From the NCBI RefSeq assembly GCF_055900595.2, contig NZ_CM148325.1: a stretch of 64,000 bases of DNA, one strand, 5' to 3'. Every line of letters starts with the position of its first letter. Position 1 is the first letter of the stretch. Under the pieces are notes generated by a model that saw nothing but the letters and a program-made list of their open reading frames with translations, did not search any database and was not told the DNA's origin. Both the position numbers and the translations under genes were made by a program. This document shows, one piece after another, positions 1 to 8,582 of this stretch.

Positions 1-557
1 GTTCAATGGAACTTGACGAAATGCTCTCCCAGCGCGACAGCATCAACTCACGCCTGCTGCGTATTGTCGATGAGGCCACCAACCCGTGGGGGATTAAAGT
101 CACCCGTATTGAAATTCGCGACGTGCGCCCACCGGCAGAGCTTATCTCTTCGATGAACGCGCAGATGAAAGCGGAACGTACCAAACGCGCTTACATCCTT
201 GAAGCGGAAGGGATCCGTCAGGCGGAAATCCTCAAAGCCGAAGGTGAAAAACAGTCGCAAATCCTGAAAGCGGAAGGTGAACGTCAGTCGGCATTCTTAC
301 AGGCCGAAGCGCGTGAACGTTCTGCCGAAGCGGAAGCCCGCGCCACCAAAATGGTGTCTGAAGCCATCGCCTCCGGTGATATTCAGGCGGTGAACTACTT
401 CGTAGCGCAGAAATACACCGAAGCGTTACAACAGATCGGTTCGTCCAGTAACAGCAAAGTAGTGATGATGCCATTAGAGGCCAGCAGCCTGATGGGGTCG
501 ATTGCCGGGATTGCTGAACTGGTGAAAGACAGCGCCAACAAGCGGACTCAGCCATGA
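1..557 (+). CDS. qmcA: QmcA (YbbK) stomatin/prohibitin-family membrane protease modulator, 3' part (5' end outside window)
   Basis: ORF 6..557 translation has SPFH-family character with EAEG/KAEGE repeats; followed by overlapping ybbJ as in the E. coli qmcA-ybbJ operon. Confidence 0.85.
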   Translation, partial: SMELDEMLSQRDSINSRLLRIVDEATNPWGIKVTRIEIRDVRPPAELISSMNAQMKAERTKRAYILEAEGIRQAEILKAEGEKQSQILKAEGERQSAFLQAEARERSAEAEARATKMVSEAIASGDIQAVNYFVAQKYTEALQQIGSSSNSKVVMMPLEASSLMGSIAGIAELVKDSANKRTQP

Positions 558-1012
558 TGGAGTTAATGGTCGTTCACCCACATATTTTCTGGCTCAGTCT
601 CGGCGGGTTGCTGCTGGCTGCCGAAATGCTGGGCGGCAATGGTTATCTGTTGTGGAGCGGCGTGGCAGCGGTGATTACCGGCCTGGTGGTCTGGTTGCTG
701 CCGCTGGGCTGGGAGTGGCAAGGGGTGATGTTTGCCATCCTGACGCTGCTCGCTGCCTGGCTGTGGTGGAAATGGTTGTCGCGGCGGGTGCGCGAACAAA
801 AGCACAGCGACAGTCATTTAAACCAGCGCGGGCAGCAGTTGATTGGCCAACGTTTTGTTCTGGAATCTCCGCTGGTCAACGGGCGCGGTCATATGCGCGT
901 CGGTGACAGTTCATGGCCCGTCAGCGCCAGCGAGGATCTCAGTGCAGGTACGCATGTTGAGGTGATTGCGATAGAAGGGATAACGCTGATTATCCGTGCG
1001 GTCATCGCCTGA
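554..1012 (+). CDS. ybbJ: NfeD-like inner membrane protein YbbJ
   Basis: 152-aa ORF with N-terminal hydrophobic helices and C-terminal beta domain; start overlaps qmcA stop. Confidence 0.85.
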   Translation: MMELMVVHPHIFWLSLGGLLLAAEMLGGNGYLLWSGVAAVITGLVVWLLPLGWEWQGVMFAILTLLAAWLWWKWLSRRVREQKHSDSHLNQRGQQLIGQRFVLESPLVNGRGHMRVGDSSWPVSASEDLSAGTHVEVIAIEGITLIIRAVIA

Positions 1013-1094
1013 TGCGACGCTGGCGCGTCTTATCATGCCTACAAAATATGCCCGAATCGTAGGCCAGATAAGGCGCTTGCGCCGCATCCGGCAT
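1011..1094. repeat. REP/BIME-type extragenic palindromic element (two REP units in inverted orientation)
   Basis: gatgcgacgctggcgcgtcttatcatgcctac ... gtaggccagataaggcgcttgcgccgcatccggcat immediately after the ybbJ stop. Confidence 0.6.
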
Positions 1095-1114
1095 ATAGCC
1101 GAGTAGAGGCAAAA

Positions 1115-1477
1115 TTACTCTTCCCGGCCTTTACCCATACTTTTTTGGTCTTCATCCGGATAATGTTTTTTTAGATATTCCAGGACGTTTTTATTGACCT
1201 TGTGTTGCGTATACACCCACCCTTTCCAGTAATCAGGCTGGTCCAGGTAAACTTCTGGCGGAATGGTGAAATCAGAAAGCGTTAACCATTCGGCTAACAG
1301 ATCGGGGTTTCGTTTCTGGATCAACTGCAACAGCATAATCAGTGACATAGCTGAGGCAGGAGCCGTACTATCGCCACTTAAATATTTCCACACTGTTGAC
1401 CGGTTCGAACGAAAAAGGATGGGAAGCAATGCCCGGTCCAGATTCATTTCATTAAAAATCTTCTCAAATTCATTCAT
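1115..1477 (-). CDS. hypothetical 120-aa protein, divergent from the autotransporter gene; possible small regulator
   Basis: ORF with plausible composition; separated from the TAA gene by an AT-rich ~370-bp region. Confidence 0.45.
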   Translation of the reverse strand: MNEFEKIFNEMNLDRALLPILFRSNRSTVWKYLSGDSTAPASAMSLIMLLQLIQKRNPDLLAEWLTLSDFTIPPEVYLDQPDYWKGWVYTQHKVNKNVLEYLKKHYPDEDQKSMGKGREE

Positions 1478-1844
1478 TTAAATGTTCCTGCCTGGCGTAA
1501 ACCTCTTAAAAATTGAGATTTATCAAAGAAACGCATTTTAGCACACATCAGGAACCGCTTCACGTTTAGTCCAGAAACAGAATTTATTTCGCTTATCAAA
1601 ACAAGTCTTTACTCTTTTATACATTGAAAGAGCACGAAATAATTTCCTTTTTTATTTATATGAGAAACATTTTTTGTTTCTTATTGGTGGTGTTTACGCT
1701 TACACCAGACAAAAATGCGCTTTACATCACACAAATGGCGGCGTAGATTTCGATCATATTGCAACGTATTTTATTTCTTATTAACAATATTATTTGTTTC
1801 TTATAGAAACATTAATGCGACTTATTTTAAACAAGAGAAAATGA

Positions 1845-2861
1845 ATGAAAACTGTAAACGTAGCTTTACTGGCACTCATAATTTCAGCAACATCCAGCCC
1901 TATTGTTTTAGCTGGTGATACCATTGAAGCGGCGGCAACAGAGCTTTCAGCCATTAACTCTGGCATGTCGCAATCGGAGATTGAGCAGAAGATTACCCGC
2001 TTTTTAGAACGCACCGACAACAGCCCCGCTGCATATACCTATTTGACTGAACATCACTACATCCCTTCTGAAACACCTGATACCACTCAGACTCCCCCTG
2101 CCCAGACAGATCCTGACGCAGGACAAAAAACCGTTGCCGCTACAGGTGATGTACAGACAACCGCCCGTTATCAGAGCATGATCAACGCCCGACAGTCTGC
2201 GGTAACTGATGCCCAGCAAACGCAAATTACAGAGCAACAGGCGCAGATCGTAGCCACACAAAAAACGCTCGCCGCGACTGGAGATACGCAAAATACTGCT
2301 CATTATCAGGAGATGATTAATGCCAGACTGGCGGCTCAAAATGAGGCTAATCAGCGCACTACCACGGAACAAGGGCAGAAAATGAATGCACTGACAACCG
2401 ATGTGGCAGCACAACAGCAAAAAGAAAGGGCTCAATACGATAAACAAATGCAAAGTCTGGCGCAGAAGTCTGTCCAGGCACATGAGCAAATTGAAAGTCT
2501 GAGACAAGATTCCGCACAAACGCAACAACAGTTAACCAACACGCAAAAACGGGTCGCAGATAACAGCCAACAAATTAACACGCTCAATAACCATTTCGAT
2601 TCGCTGAAAAACGAAGTTGAGGACAATCGTAAAGAAGCCAATGCGGGAACTGCATCTGCCATCGCTATCGCCTCACAACCACAGGTGAAAACCGGTGACT
2701 TGATGATGGTGTCAGCGGGAGCGGGAACGTTCAACGGTGAATCTGCGGTGTCTGTAGGAACATCTTTTAATGCCGGAACGCATACGGTACTTAAAGCAGG
2801 TATTTCTGCGGATACACAATCTGATTTCGGTGCGGGTGTCGGCGTGGGATATTCGTTCTAA
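1845..2861 (+). CDS. short trimeric autotransporter adhesin (signal peptide, Q-rich coiled-coil stalk with tandem ~40-aa repeats, YadA-like C-terminal membrane anchor)
   Basis: N-terminal signal peptide MKTVNVALLALIISATSSPIVLA; C-terminus ...ASAIAIASQPQ...GDLMMVSAGAGTFNGESAVSVGTSF...GAGVGVGYSF matches the YadA-type anchor pattern. Confidence 0.75.
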   Translation: MKTVNVALLALIISATSSPIVLAGDTIEAAATELSAINSGMSQSEIEQKITRFLERTDNSPAAYTYLTEHHYIPSETPDTTQTPPAQTDPDAGQKTVAATGDVQTTARYQSMINARQSAVTDAQQTQITEQQAQIVATQKTLAATGDTQNTAHYQEMINARLAAQNEANQRTTTEQGQKMNALTTDVAAQQQKERAQYDKQMQSLAQKSVQAHEQIESLRQDSAQTQQQLTNTQKRVADNSQQINTLNNHFDSLKNEVEDNRKEANAGTASAIAIASQPQVKTGDLMMVSAGAGTFNGESAVSVGTSFNAGTHTVLKAGISADTQSDFGAGVGVGYSF

Positions 2862-2914
2862 TTTTAACAGCAATTTCTTATTCGCAATTTTCCGCACATT
2901 ATTTAAGGTTAACA

Positions 2915-3337
2915 ATGATGAATAGCTCCATTAAATCGTTTTCCCTGCTGGCGGTTATATTACTGGCTGGCTGTAGTTCACCCACTTCCCGCATCGCAGA
3001 TTGCCAAGCGCAGGGAGTCAGTCATGACACCTGTTATCTCGCAGAACAACAGCGTCAGGCGGCTATTTTAAGTGCATCAGAAGCACAGGCATTTAAAAAT
3101 GCAGAAGCCGCACAACATGCCCAGGCCGCTAAAAAATCTATTTATAAAGGATTTGGCGTCACCTTCAGAATGAGCAGTAAGAACTTTGCTTATCTCAATG
3201 ATTCATTATGTGCCATAGATGAAGATAATGCCGATGCCACGGTTTATCAGTCGGGTCTGTATAACGTCATTGTTTATCATCACACAGGAAAAGTCGCCTT
3301 AATGAAAGAAGGCCAGTTTGTGGGTTATTTAAAATGA
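2915..3337 (+). CDS. putative lipoprotein (lipobox LLAGC), unknown function
   Basis: signal peptide plus LAGC lipobox; stop overlaps start of next ORF. Confidence 0.55.
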   Translation: MMNSSIKSFSLLAVILLAGCSSPTSRIADCQAQGVSHDTCYLAEQQRQAAILSASEAQAFKNAEAAQHAQAAKKSIYKGFGVTFRMSSKNFAYLNDSLCAIDEDNADATVYQSGLYNVIVYHHTGKVALMKEGQFVGYLK

Positions 3338-3528
3338 AACTCACGCTTATACATATTATGATTATTGGCGCTTTTATCTTTGCATTCTTGCAAGTGGTAT
3401 TATTAGCCTCCCTGGTTCACGCTGTGAATGTTAACAATGAAATCCAGGAAGGCTTATTTCAATCGGGGCGCATAATGGTAGAAAGTTTGCAGCATATTCT
3501 TTCGGTGCAAACGGGGATTAATGGGTAA
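3334..3528 (+). CDS. small hydrophobic membrane protein (64 aa), translationally coupled to upstream lipoprotein gene
   Basis: ATGA overlap with preceding gene; one clear TM helix (IMIIGAFIFAFLQVVLLASLV). Confidence 0.4.
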   Translation: MKLTLIHIMIIGAFIFAFLQVVLLASLVHAVNVNNEIQEGLFQSGRIMVESLQHILSVQTGING

Positions 3529-3616
3529 GGATACCGTTACCATTTCCAGAGCAATAGTCACCAGCGTAATTTTCTGGCACAGTTCAGGGAACTGAAATTT
3601 TGGCTAAGGAGTAGCC

Positions 3617-4840
3617 ATGCTTTTTCCCTGTCGAAAACCTGAAGTACGTCTACTGAATAATACCGCTGCAGGCGTCATTTTTTCGGTGAAGTCCGGGAAA
3701 GGATTTCTGTGTCAGTGTGTGATTTACGATCCGCACCCTTATGGGCTTATCCGTTCGCTCTGCTGGCAGGATGTCCCGTTAATACGTTTCTGGTCCGAGG
3801 CTGGCTGCCCCACCTGTGCGGAATTTGTCTACAGCGGTTTTGCGGATGATGAACAGGGAGCCGCCCGGTTTTTGTCTGCTCTCGAAAACTGGAATCGCCC
3901 GTGGTCTGGCATGACGGACGCTTTTGCCGCGCTGACACCGCTGTTCTCATGCATGGCTGATGGCTATTATCTGCTCGAAGATCGTGAACTTTACCCGACG
4001 GATGGCAACGGGCATTTCTTTTGGGCGGCAACGGACCATAGCGCCAGTAATCCGGCGACCGTTGCCGTCTGGGATCCTGAATATTGCTATTTCAGTGACA
4101 CCGCCCCCTGTTTTCTTCTACCCGGCCAGCCGCCATCACATTTTAATCCTGAGCGTACGACGTTTTATCGCAATAAACCGGACGCCCCCGCTCTGGCCTG
4201 GTATCTCCCTGATTCCTATCTCTGCGTTCTGCTCGACGGACACCATAAAGCAACAGCCGCCGCGCTGGAAGGGCGACCGCTCAAAACACTGGTGCTCAGC
4301 ACGGCAACCCATTTTAATGATGAGCAACAAACCCTGGTATTTCCTGGCGGAGAATGTCTGCACAAAACAGAGCTGCTGTGTCACGTTCCCAAACTCACTG
4401 AATGGAAAACATTACCGCCCAACGCATGGGAGAGTTTCGGCCCTGATAAGCACATCAGCCCATCCGAAACCTGGTCAGAAGAGTTGCAGCAGAGCGTCAG
4501 CCGGTACCCTTCACTGGATCAAGCCTGGCAAATTGTTGAGGCCGGGAATTTGAGCGAAGCTCGTATTAAGCGCATGATCCAACAAGGTTTGGAGGGGGAT
4601 GAAAAGGCTGATGTTATTTTGCAGGCACTGTTTTCCACACACTCGCCGCTTTTTGTTGACTTTGCTCGATTCGTTATCAGCCATCCGGCATACGCCATTT
4701 ATCGCCCTCTCACCTTCCGGTTGATGGCGCAAAACCGAACGCCGCAAGCAGATGCCTTTTTTCTGGATTTTGCCATCAACGATGACGGCGAACGTCCGGA
4801 GTTGACGAAAATAATGGACGACTATTTCCGTATGCCTTAA
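3617..4840 (+). CDS. hypothetical 407-aa protein, Cys-rich N-terminal part, no family recognised
   Basis: long uninterrupted ORF with RBS (aaggag) upstream; stop codon directly abuts the cueR stop. Confidence 0.6.
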   Translation: MLFPCRKPEVRLLNNTAAGVIFSVKSGKGFLCQCVIYDPHPYGLIRSLCWQDVPLIRFWSEAGCPTCAEFVYSGFADDEQGAARFLSALENWNRPWSGMTDAFAALTPLFSCMADGYYLLEDRELYPTDGNGHFFWAATDHSASNPATVAVWDPEYCYFSDTAPCFLLPGQPPSHFNPERTTFYRNKPDAPALAWYLPDSYLCVLLDGHHKATAAALEGRPLKTLVLSTATHFNDEQQTLVFPGGECLHKTELLCHVPKLTEWKTLPPNAWESFGPDKHISPSETWSEELQQSVSRYPSLDQAWQIVEAGNLSEARIKRMIQQGLEGDEKADVILQALFSTHSPLFVDFARFVISHPAYAIYRPLTFRLMAQNRTPQADAFFLDFAINDDGERPELTKIMDDYFRMP

Positions 4841-5248
4841 TTACCCCGCCCGATGATGACAGCAGCCAGAGAGATTTTCGATAATCGGGCAGTCGGCGCT
4901 GTCATCGCCAGGGCAGGCATTCGCCAGCGCCAGTAGCTGGTCGCGCATGGATTGCAGCTCCTCAATGTGTCGTTCGATCTCCGCCACTTTCTCCAGGGTG
5001 CGCCGTTTTACATCGGCGCTGTGACGCTGCGGGTCGTTAAACAGATTCACCAGTTCGCCGCTCTCTTCCAGGTTAAAGCCCACCTGGCGCGCCTGGCGCA
5101 GTAAGGTCAGTTCGTTGAGATGCTGCTGCGTGTAGGTTCGATAACCATTTTCGCTGCGCATCGGCGGCGTCACCAGCCCCTTTTCTTCATAGAAGCGAAT
5201 GGCTTTGCTGGTCAGGCCGGTAATTTTTGCTACATCGCTAATGTTCAT
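4841..5248 (-). CDS. cueR: MerR-family copper-responsive regulator CueR
   Basis: 135-aa translation [26 protein letters not shown]...[24 protein letters not shown] recognised as E. coli CueR. Confidence 0.95.
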
Positions 5249-6420
5249 CGTTCGCGCAACGCCTCCTGTGCTTTGTTAAAGGGTTTCAACAGATAATCCA
5301 GCACGCTTTTTTTGCCAGTGCGGATATCGACCGTCGCCACCATACCGGGAAATATCGGAAACTGCTGTTTGCTTTTATTTTCCAGATGGTTGCTGAAAGT
5401 GCGAATGTACACCCGATAGTAATAAACATCGCGCCGCACTTCATCCTGTACAGTGTCCGGTGAAATCACCGCCACTTCCCCTGGCAGGCCGCCGTAGATG
5501 GAGTAATCGTAAGCGGTTATTTTCACCAGCGATTTTTGCCCCGGATGGATAAACGCCACATCGCGGGGGGAGATTTTTGCCTCGATCAACAGTTGCTCAT
5601 CCAGCGGCACGATAGTCATGAGTTTACCACCGGGGGCGATGACGCCGCCAACCGTGGTGACGTCAATGTCCTGAACAATGCCTCGCACCGGCGCAGTAAA
5701 GTTGAGCCGGGTGAGAGAATCTTCCCGCCCGCGGATCACCGAACGCTGGGTTTCCACTTCCGCATTGGCTTTCGCTAACTCTTCGCGCGCTTGTACGTAG
5801 TATTGCGTACGCACGTCGCTAAGTTTGTTTTCCAGTTCATTGGCCTGGCGTTGCAGGCGCAGCACTTCAACGCTGCTCGCCGCCCCCTGTTTCACCAGCG
5901 GCTGGGTCATCGCCAGTTCGCGGTTGACCAGGCTAATCCCCTGCGTCAGCCCGGTGGTGGCTTTGTTCAACCCGTCGCGGCGAGTGTTATATAACGCCGT
6001 TTCCGACTCGATAAGTTCGGGGAATTTATTCAGTTCGTCAGGGAAGACCAGCGGTTTATTGCTCACTTCTGCCCGCAGCCGCGCCGAGGTTGCCAGCGCC
6101 GCATACAGCCGCGACATCGCTTCCTGGACGTCGGATTCCGTTTTGGTGCGGTTAAGCTGCGCCAGCGGCTGCCCCTGTTCGACAATATCGCCAACCTTCA
6201 CGTCGAGATGATACAAAATCCCGCCTTCCAGCGACTGCACCACCTGTTCGCGTCCAGAAGGTTCTACCGTGCCGCTGCCGGTGGTGACTTCATCAAGCTG
6301 GAAGTACCACGCCCAGCCGAGAAAACAGAGCAGCATCACAGCGGTAACGCGTACCGCCAGCGCCGAACGCGGCAAGCGGGGTTCAGTCAGGCCACGGTTG
6401 TATTGCAGTTGTCCGTTCAT
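5245..6420 (-). CDS. type I secretion membrane fusion protein (HlyD/LapC family periplasmic adaptor)
   Basis: 391 aa; N-terminal TM anchor, coiled-coil and beta-barrel/lipoyl motifs typical of HlyD family; overlaps ABC gene start and cueR start. Confidence 0.9.
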
Positions 6421-8579
6421 GCAGCAGACCCCTTATTCTTCTCCTGCAACACCACCCGTCGCGCCGTGGGTTCGCTCTGTTCACGCAAAATGGCCTCTTT
6501 CGCGCCATCCATCACAATCCGCCCCTGATCCATCACGATAATGCGGTCCACCAGTTGCAGCATCGCCGTGCGGTGAGTGGCGATGACCAGCGTGCGATGC
6601 CCAATCCACTGTTTTAGTTGTTCAATTAAATACGCTTCCGCCATTTCATCCAGCGAGGCGCTGGGTTCATCGAGCAGGACGATGTTGGGTTGAGAGATGA
6701 GGAGCCGCGCCAGCAGCAGCGTTTGCCGCTGGCCGCCAGAAAGACCAAATCCCCCTTCCTGAATCATGTAGTTAAGGCCGTTTTTCTGCTTCTGCACAAA
6801 CGGCAGCGCCCCGCTGAGGGTTAATGCGCGTTCGATATCTTCATCGCTGGCCTCCGGCATCCCCATGGTGAGGTTTTCCCGCAGCGAACCGAAGAACAGT
6901 CGCCCGGTCTGGCTGAGCAGCCCCATGTCGCGACGCAGATCTGCCGGATCAAGCTGCCCGATGCTGATGTTATCCAGCAGCACCTGCCCCTGCTGGGCGA
7001 TACGCATTCCGGCGAGCATTTGCAGTAGCGTTGATTTACCCGCGCCGTTGCGCCCGAGAATGGCGATTTTCTCACCGGCCTGAATGTTGAGTTTGCCAAT
7101 CGCTACATCGGCAATTTTCTCTTCTTCGTCGTAATAAAACACCGCGTTGCTAAACTGATAATTACCGTGCAGTACCGCTTTATGCACCAGTTTGCCGTGC
7201 TCCGGCTGATCCACCGGGCGCTTCATCAGTTCATCAAGCCCGTTACGCGCCACTTTCGCCTGCTGCCAGCGCGAAAGCACGCCGGATATCTGCGACAGCG
7301 GCGCGATGGTGCGCGAAGCCAGAATCGTCGTTCCGACCAGCGCGCCGGTGGTCATGTCGCCGCTCATCACCATAAAGCAGCCCACCAACAGCACCACCAC
7401 ATAGACGATGGATTGCACTTCCTGCGTCCAGGTGAGCAGCAGCCCGGTGAGAAAACGTTGCTTCATGCTGATAGATGACGCCACGTCGTTGGTGTGATTC
7501 CACTGATTCTGGAAACGCTGTTCAGCACGCAGCAGTTTAATGTCTTCAATCGACTGCACGGCCTCGACAAGCGTAGCGTTGCGCACTGCCGATTCGCGCA
7601 TCCCTTCGTTCGCCAGCCGCGCCAGCGGGCGTTGTACCAGCAGGCCGGGGATCACCAGCAACGGCAGCGCCAGCAAAACAACCAGCACCAGCCAGCCGCC
7701 GATCATCCACAGAATAAAAACAAACAGCAGGAAGAATGGCAGATCCGCTACCGCGCCAATGGTGGTGGAGGTGATCAGCTCCCGCACCGATTCCAGTTCG
7801 CGGATCTGTGAGATAAACGATCCGGTGGATTTCGATCGCACGTTATTTTTCAGCCGTAATGCGTGACCAAACACGCGATCCGAAATACGCAGATCCGCCC
7901 GTTTGCCGATCACATCGGAAAGGTGTGTGCGCACCATGCGCATACAGAACTCAAACAGGATCGCCATCATCACCCCGGCGAACAGCACCCATAGCGTCGG
8001 GTAGGACTGCGCCGGAACAACGCGGTCGTAAACCTGCATCGAGAAAATCATCGCCGCCAGCGCCAGCACGTTCGCCACCAGCGAGGCCAGCATAATATCG
8101 CCGTAGCGCCGCCAGTCTTTTAGCGAAAGATTCCAGAACCAGTTAGCCTGATACGGGCGAATGTAGTCATCCACCCGCGCATCGGGAATGGCGCTGAGCG
8201 GTCGTAGCAGCGCCAGTTCAACGATTTTGTCTTCTATATCCGTGACGTTTAGCGTAGTTTCCAGCCCTTCGTCACCGCTGAACTGAACGCTGATATTGTC
8301 GTGATTGTCGCGGCGGGTGATAACGCCAATCTGTTGATTATCAAACACCGCGATCAGCGGCAGCCGCCAGGGGTTAAGCGAATCAGCGGAAAATTCTACC
8401 AGCCGTAGCCCCATTCCCAGTTGCCGCGCCATGTCGGTGAGCAACTCTTCCCGCTTGCTGTCGCGCTCCCAGTTGACGGTCGCGCGCACATTCTCCTGGG
8501 AAAAATCGAGGCGGTAATAGCGCGCCACGGCGATCATCGCCTCCAGCCAGGCTTCCACGGACTGGGCATTTTTTTTCAT
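6417..8579 (-). CDS. type I secretion ABC transporter with N-terminal C39-like domain (HlyB/LapB type)
   Basis: 720 aa; Walker A GRNGAGKST, ABC signature LSGGQRQ, Walker B LLDEPSASLD, six-TM core, N-terminal peptidase-like domain. Confidence 0.9.
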   Translation of the reverse strand: MKKNAQSVEAWLEAMIAVARYYRLDFSQENVRATVNWERDSKREELLTDMARQLGMGLRLVEFSADSLNPWRLPLIAVFDNQQIGVITRRDNHDNISVQFSGDEGLETTLNVTDIEDKIVELALLRPLSAIPDARVDDYIRPYQANWFWNLSLKDWRRYGDIMLASLVANVLALAAMIFSMQVYDRVVPAQSYPTLWVLFAGVMMAILFEFCMRMVRTHLSDVIGKRADLRISDRVFGHALRLKNNVRSKSTGSFISQIRELESVRELITSTTIGAVADLPFFLLFVFILWMIGGWLVLVVLLALPLLVIPGLLVQRPLARLANEGMRESAVRNATLVEAVQSIEDIKLLRAEQRFQNQWNHTNDVASSISMKQRFLTGLLLTWTQEVQSIVYVVVLLVGCFMVMSGDMTTGALVGTTILASRTIAPLSQISGVLSRWQQAKVARNGLDELMKRPVDQPEHGKLVHKAVLHGNYQFSNAVFYYDEEEKIADVAIGKLNIQAGEKIAILGRNGAGKSTLLQMLAGMRIAQQGQVLLDNISIGQLDPADLRRDMGLLSQTGRLFFGSLRENLTMGMPEASDEDIERALTLSGALPFVQKQKNGLNYMIQEGGFGLSGGQRQTLLLARLLISQPNIVLLDEPSASLDEMAEAYLIEQLKQWIGHRTLVIATHRTAMLQLVDRIIVMDQGRIVMDGAKEAILREQSEPTARRVVLQEKNKGSAA

Positions 8580-8582
8580 TCT

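Noticed and set aside
1-5248. lapG/lapD-type protease and c-di-GMP receptor genes next to the adhesin locus
   Set aside because: None of the ORFs flanking the T1SS genes has the size or motifs expected (no GGDEF/EAL-like or transglutaminase-like protease signatures recognised), so none is claimed.
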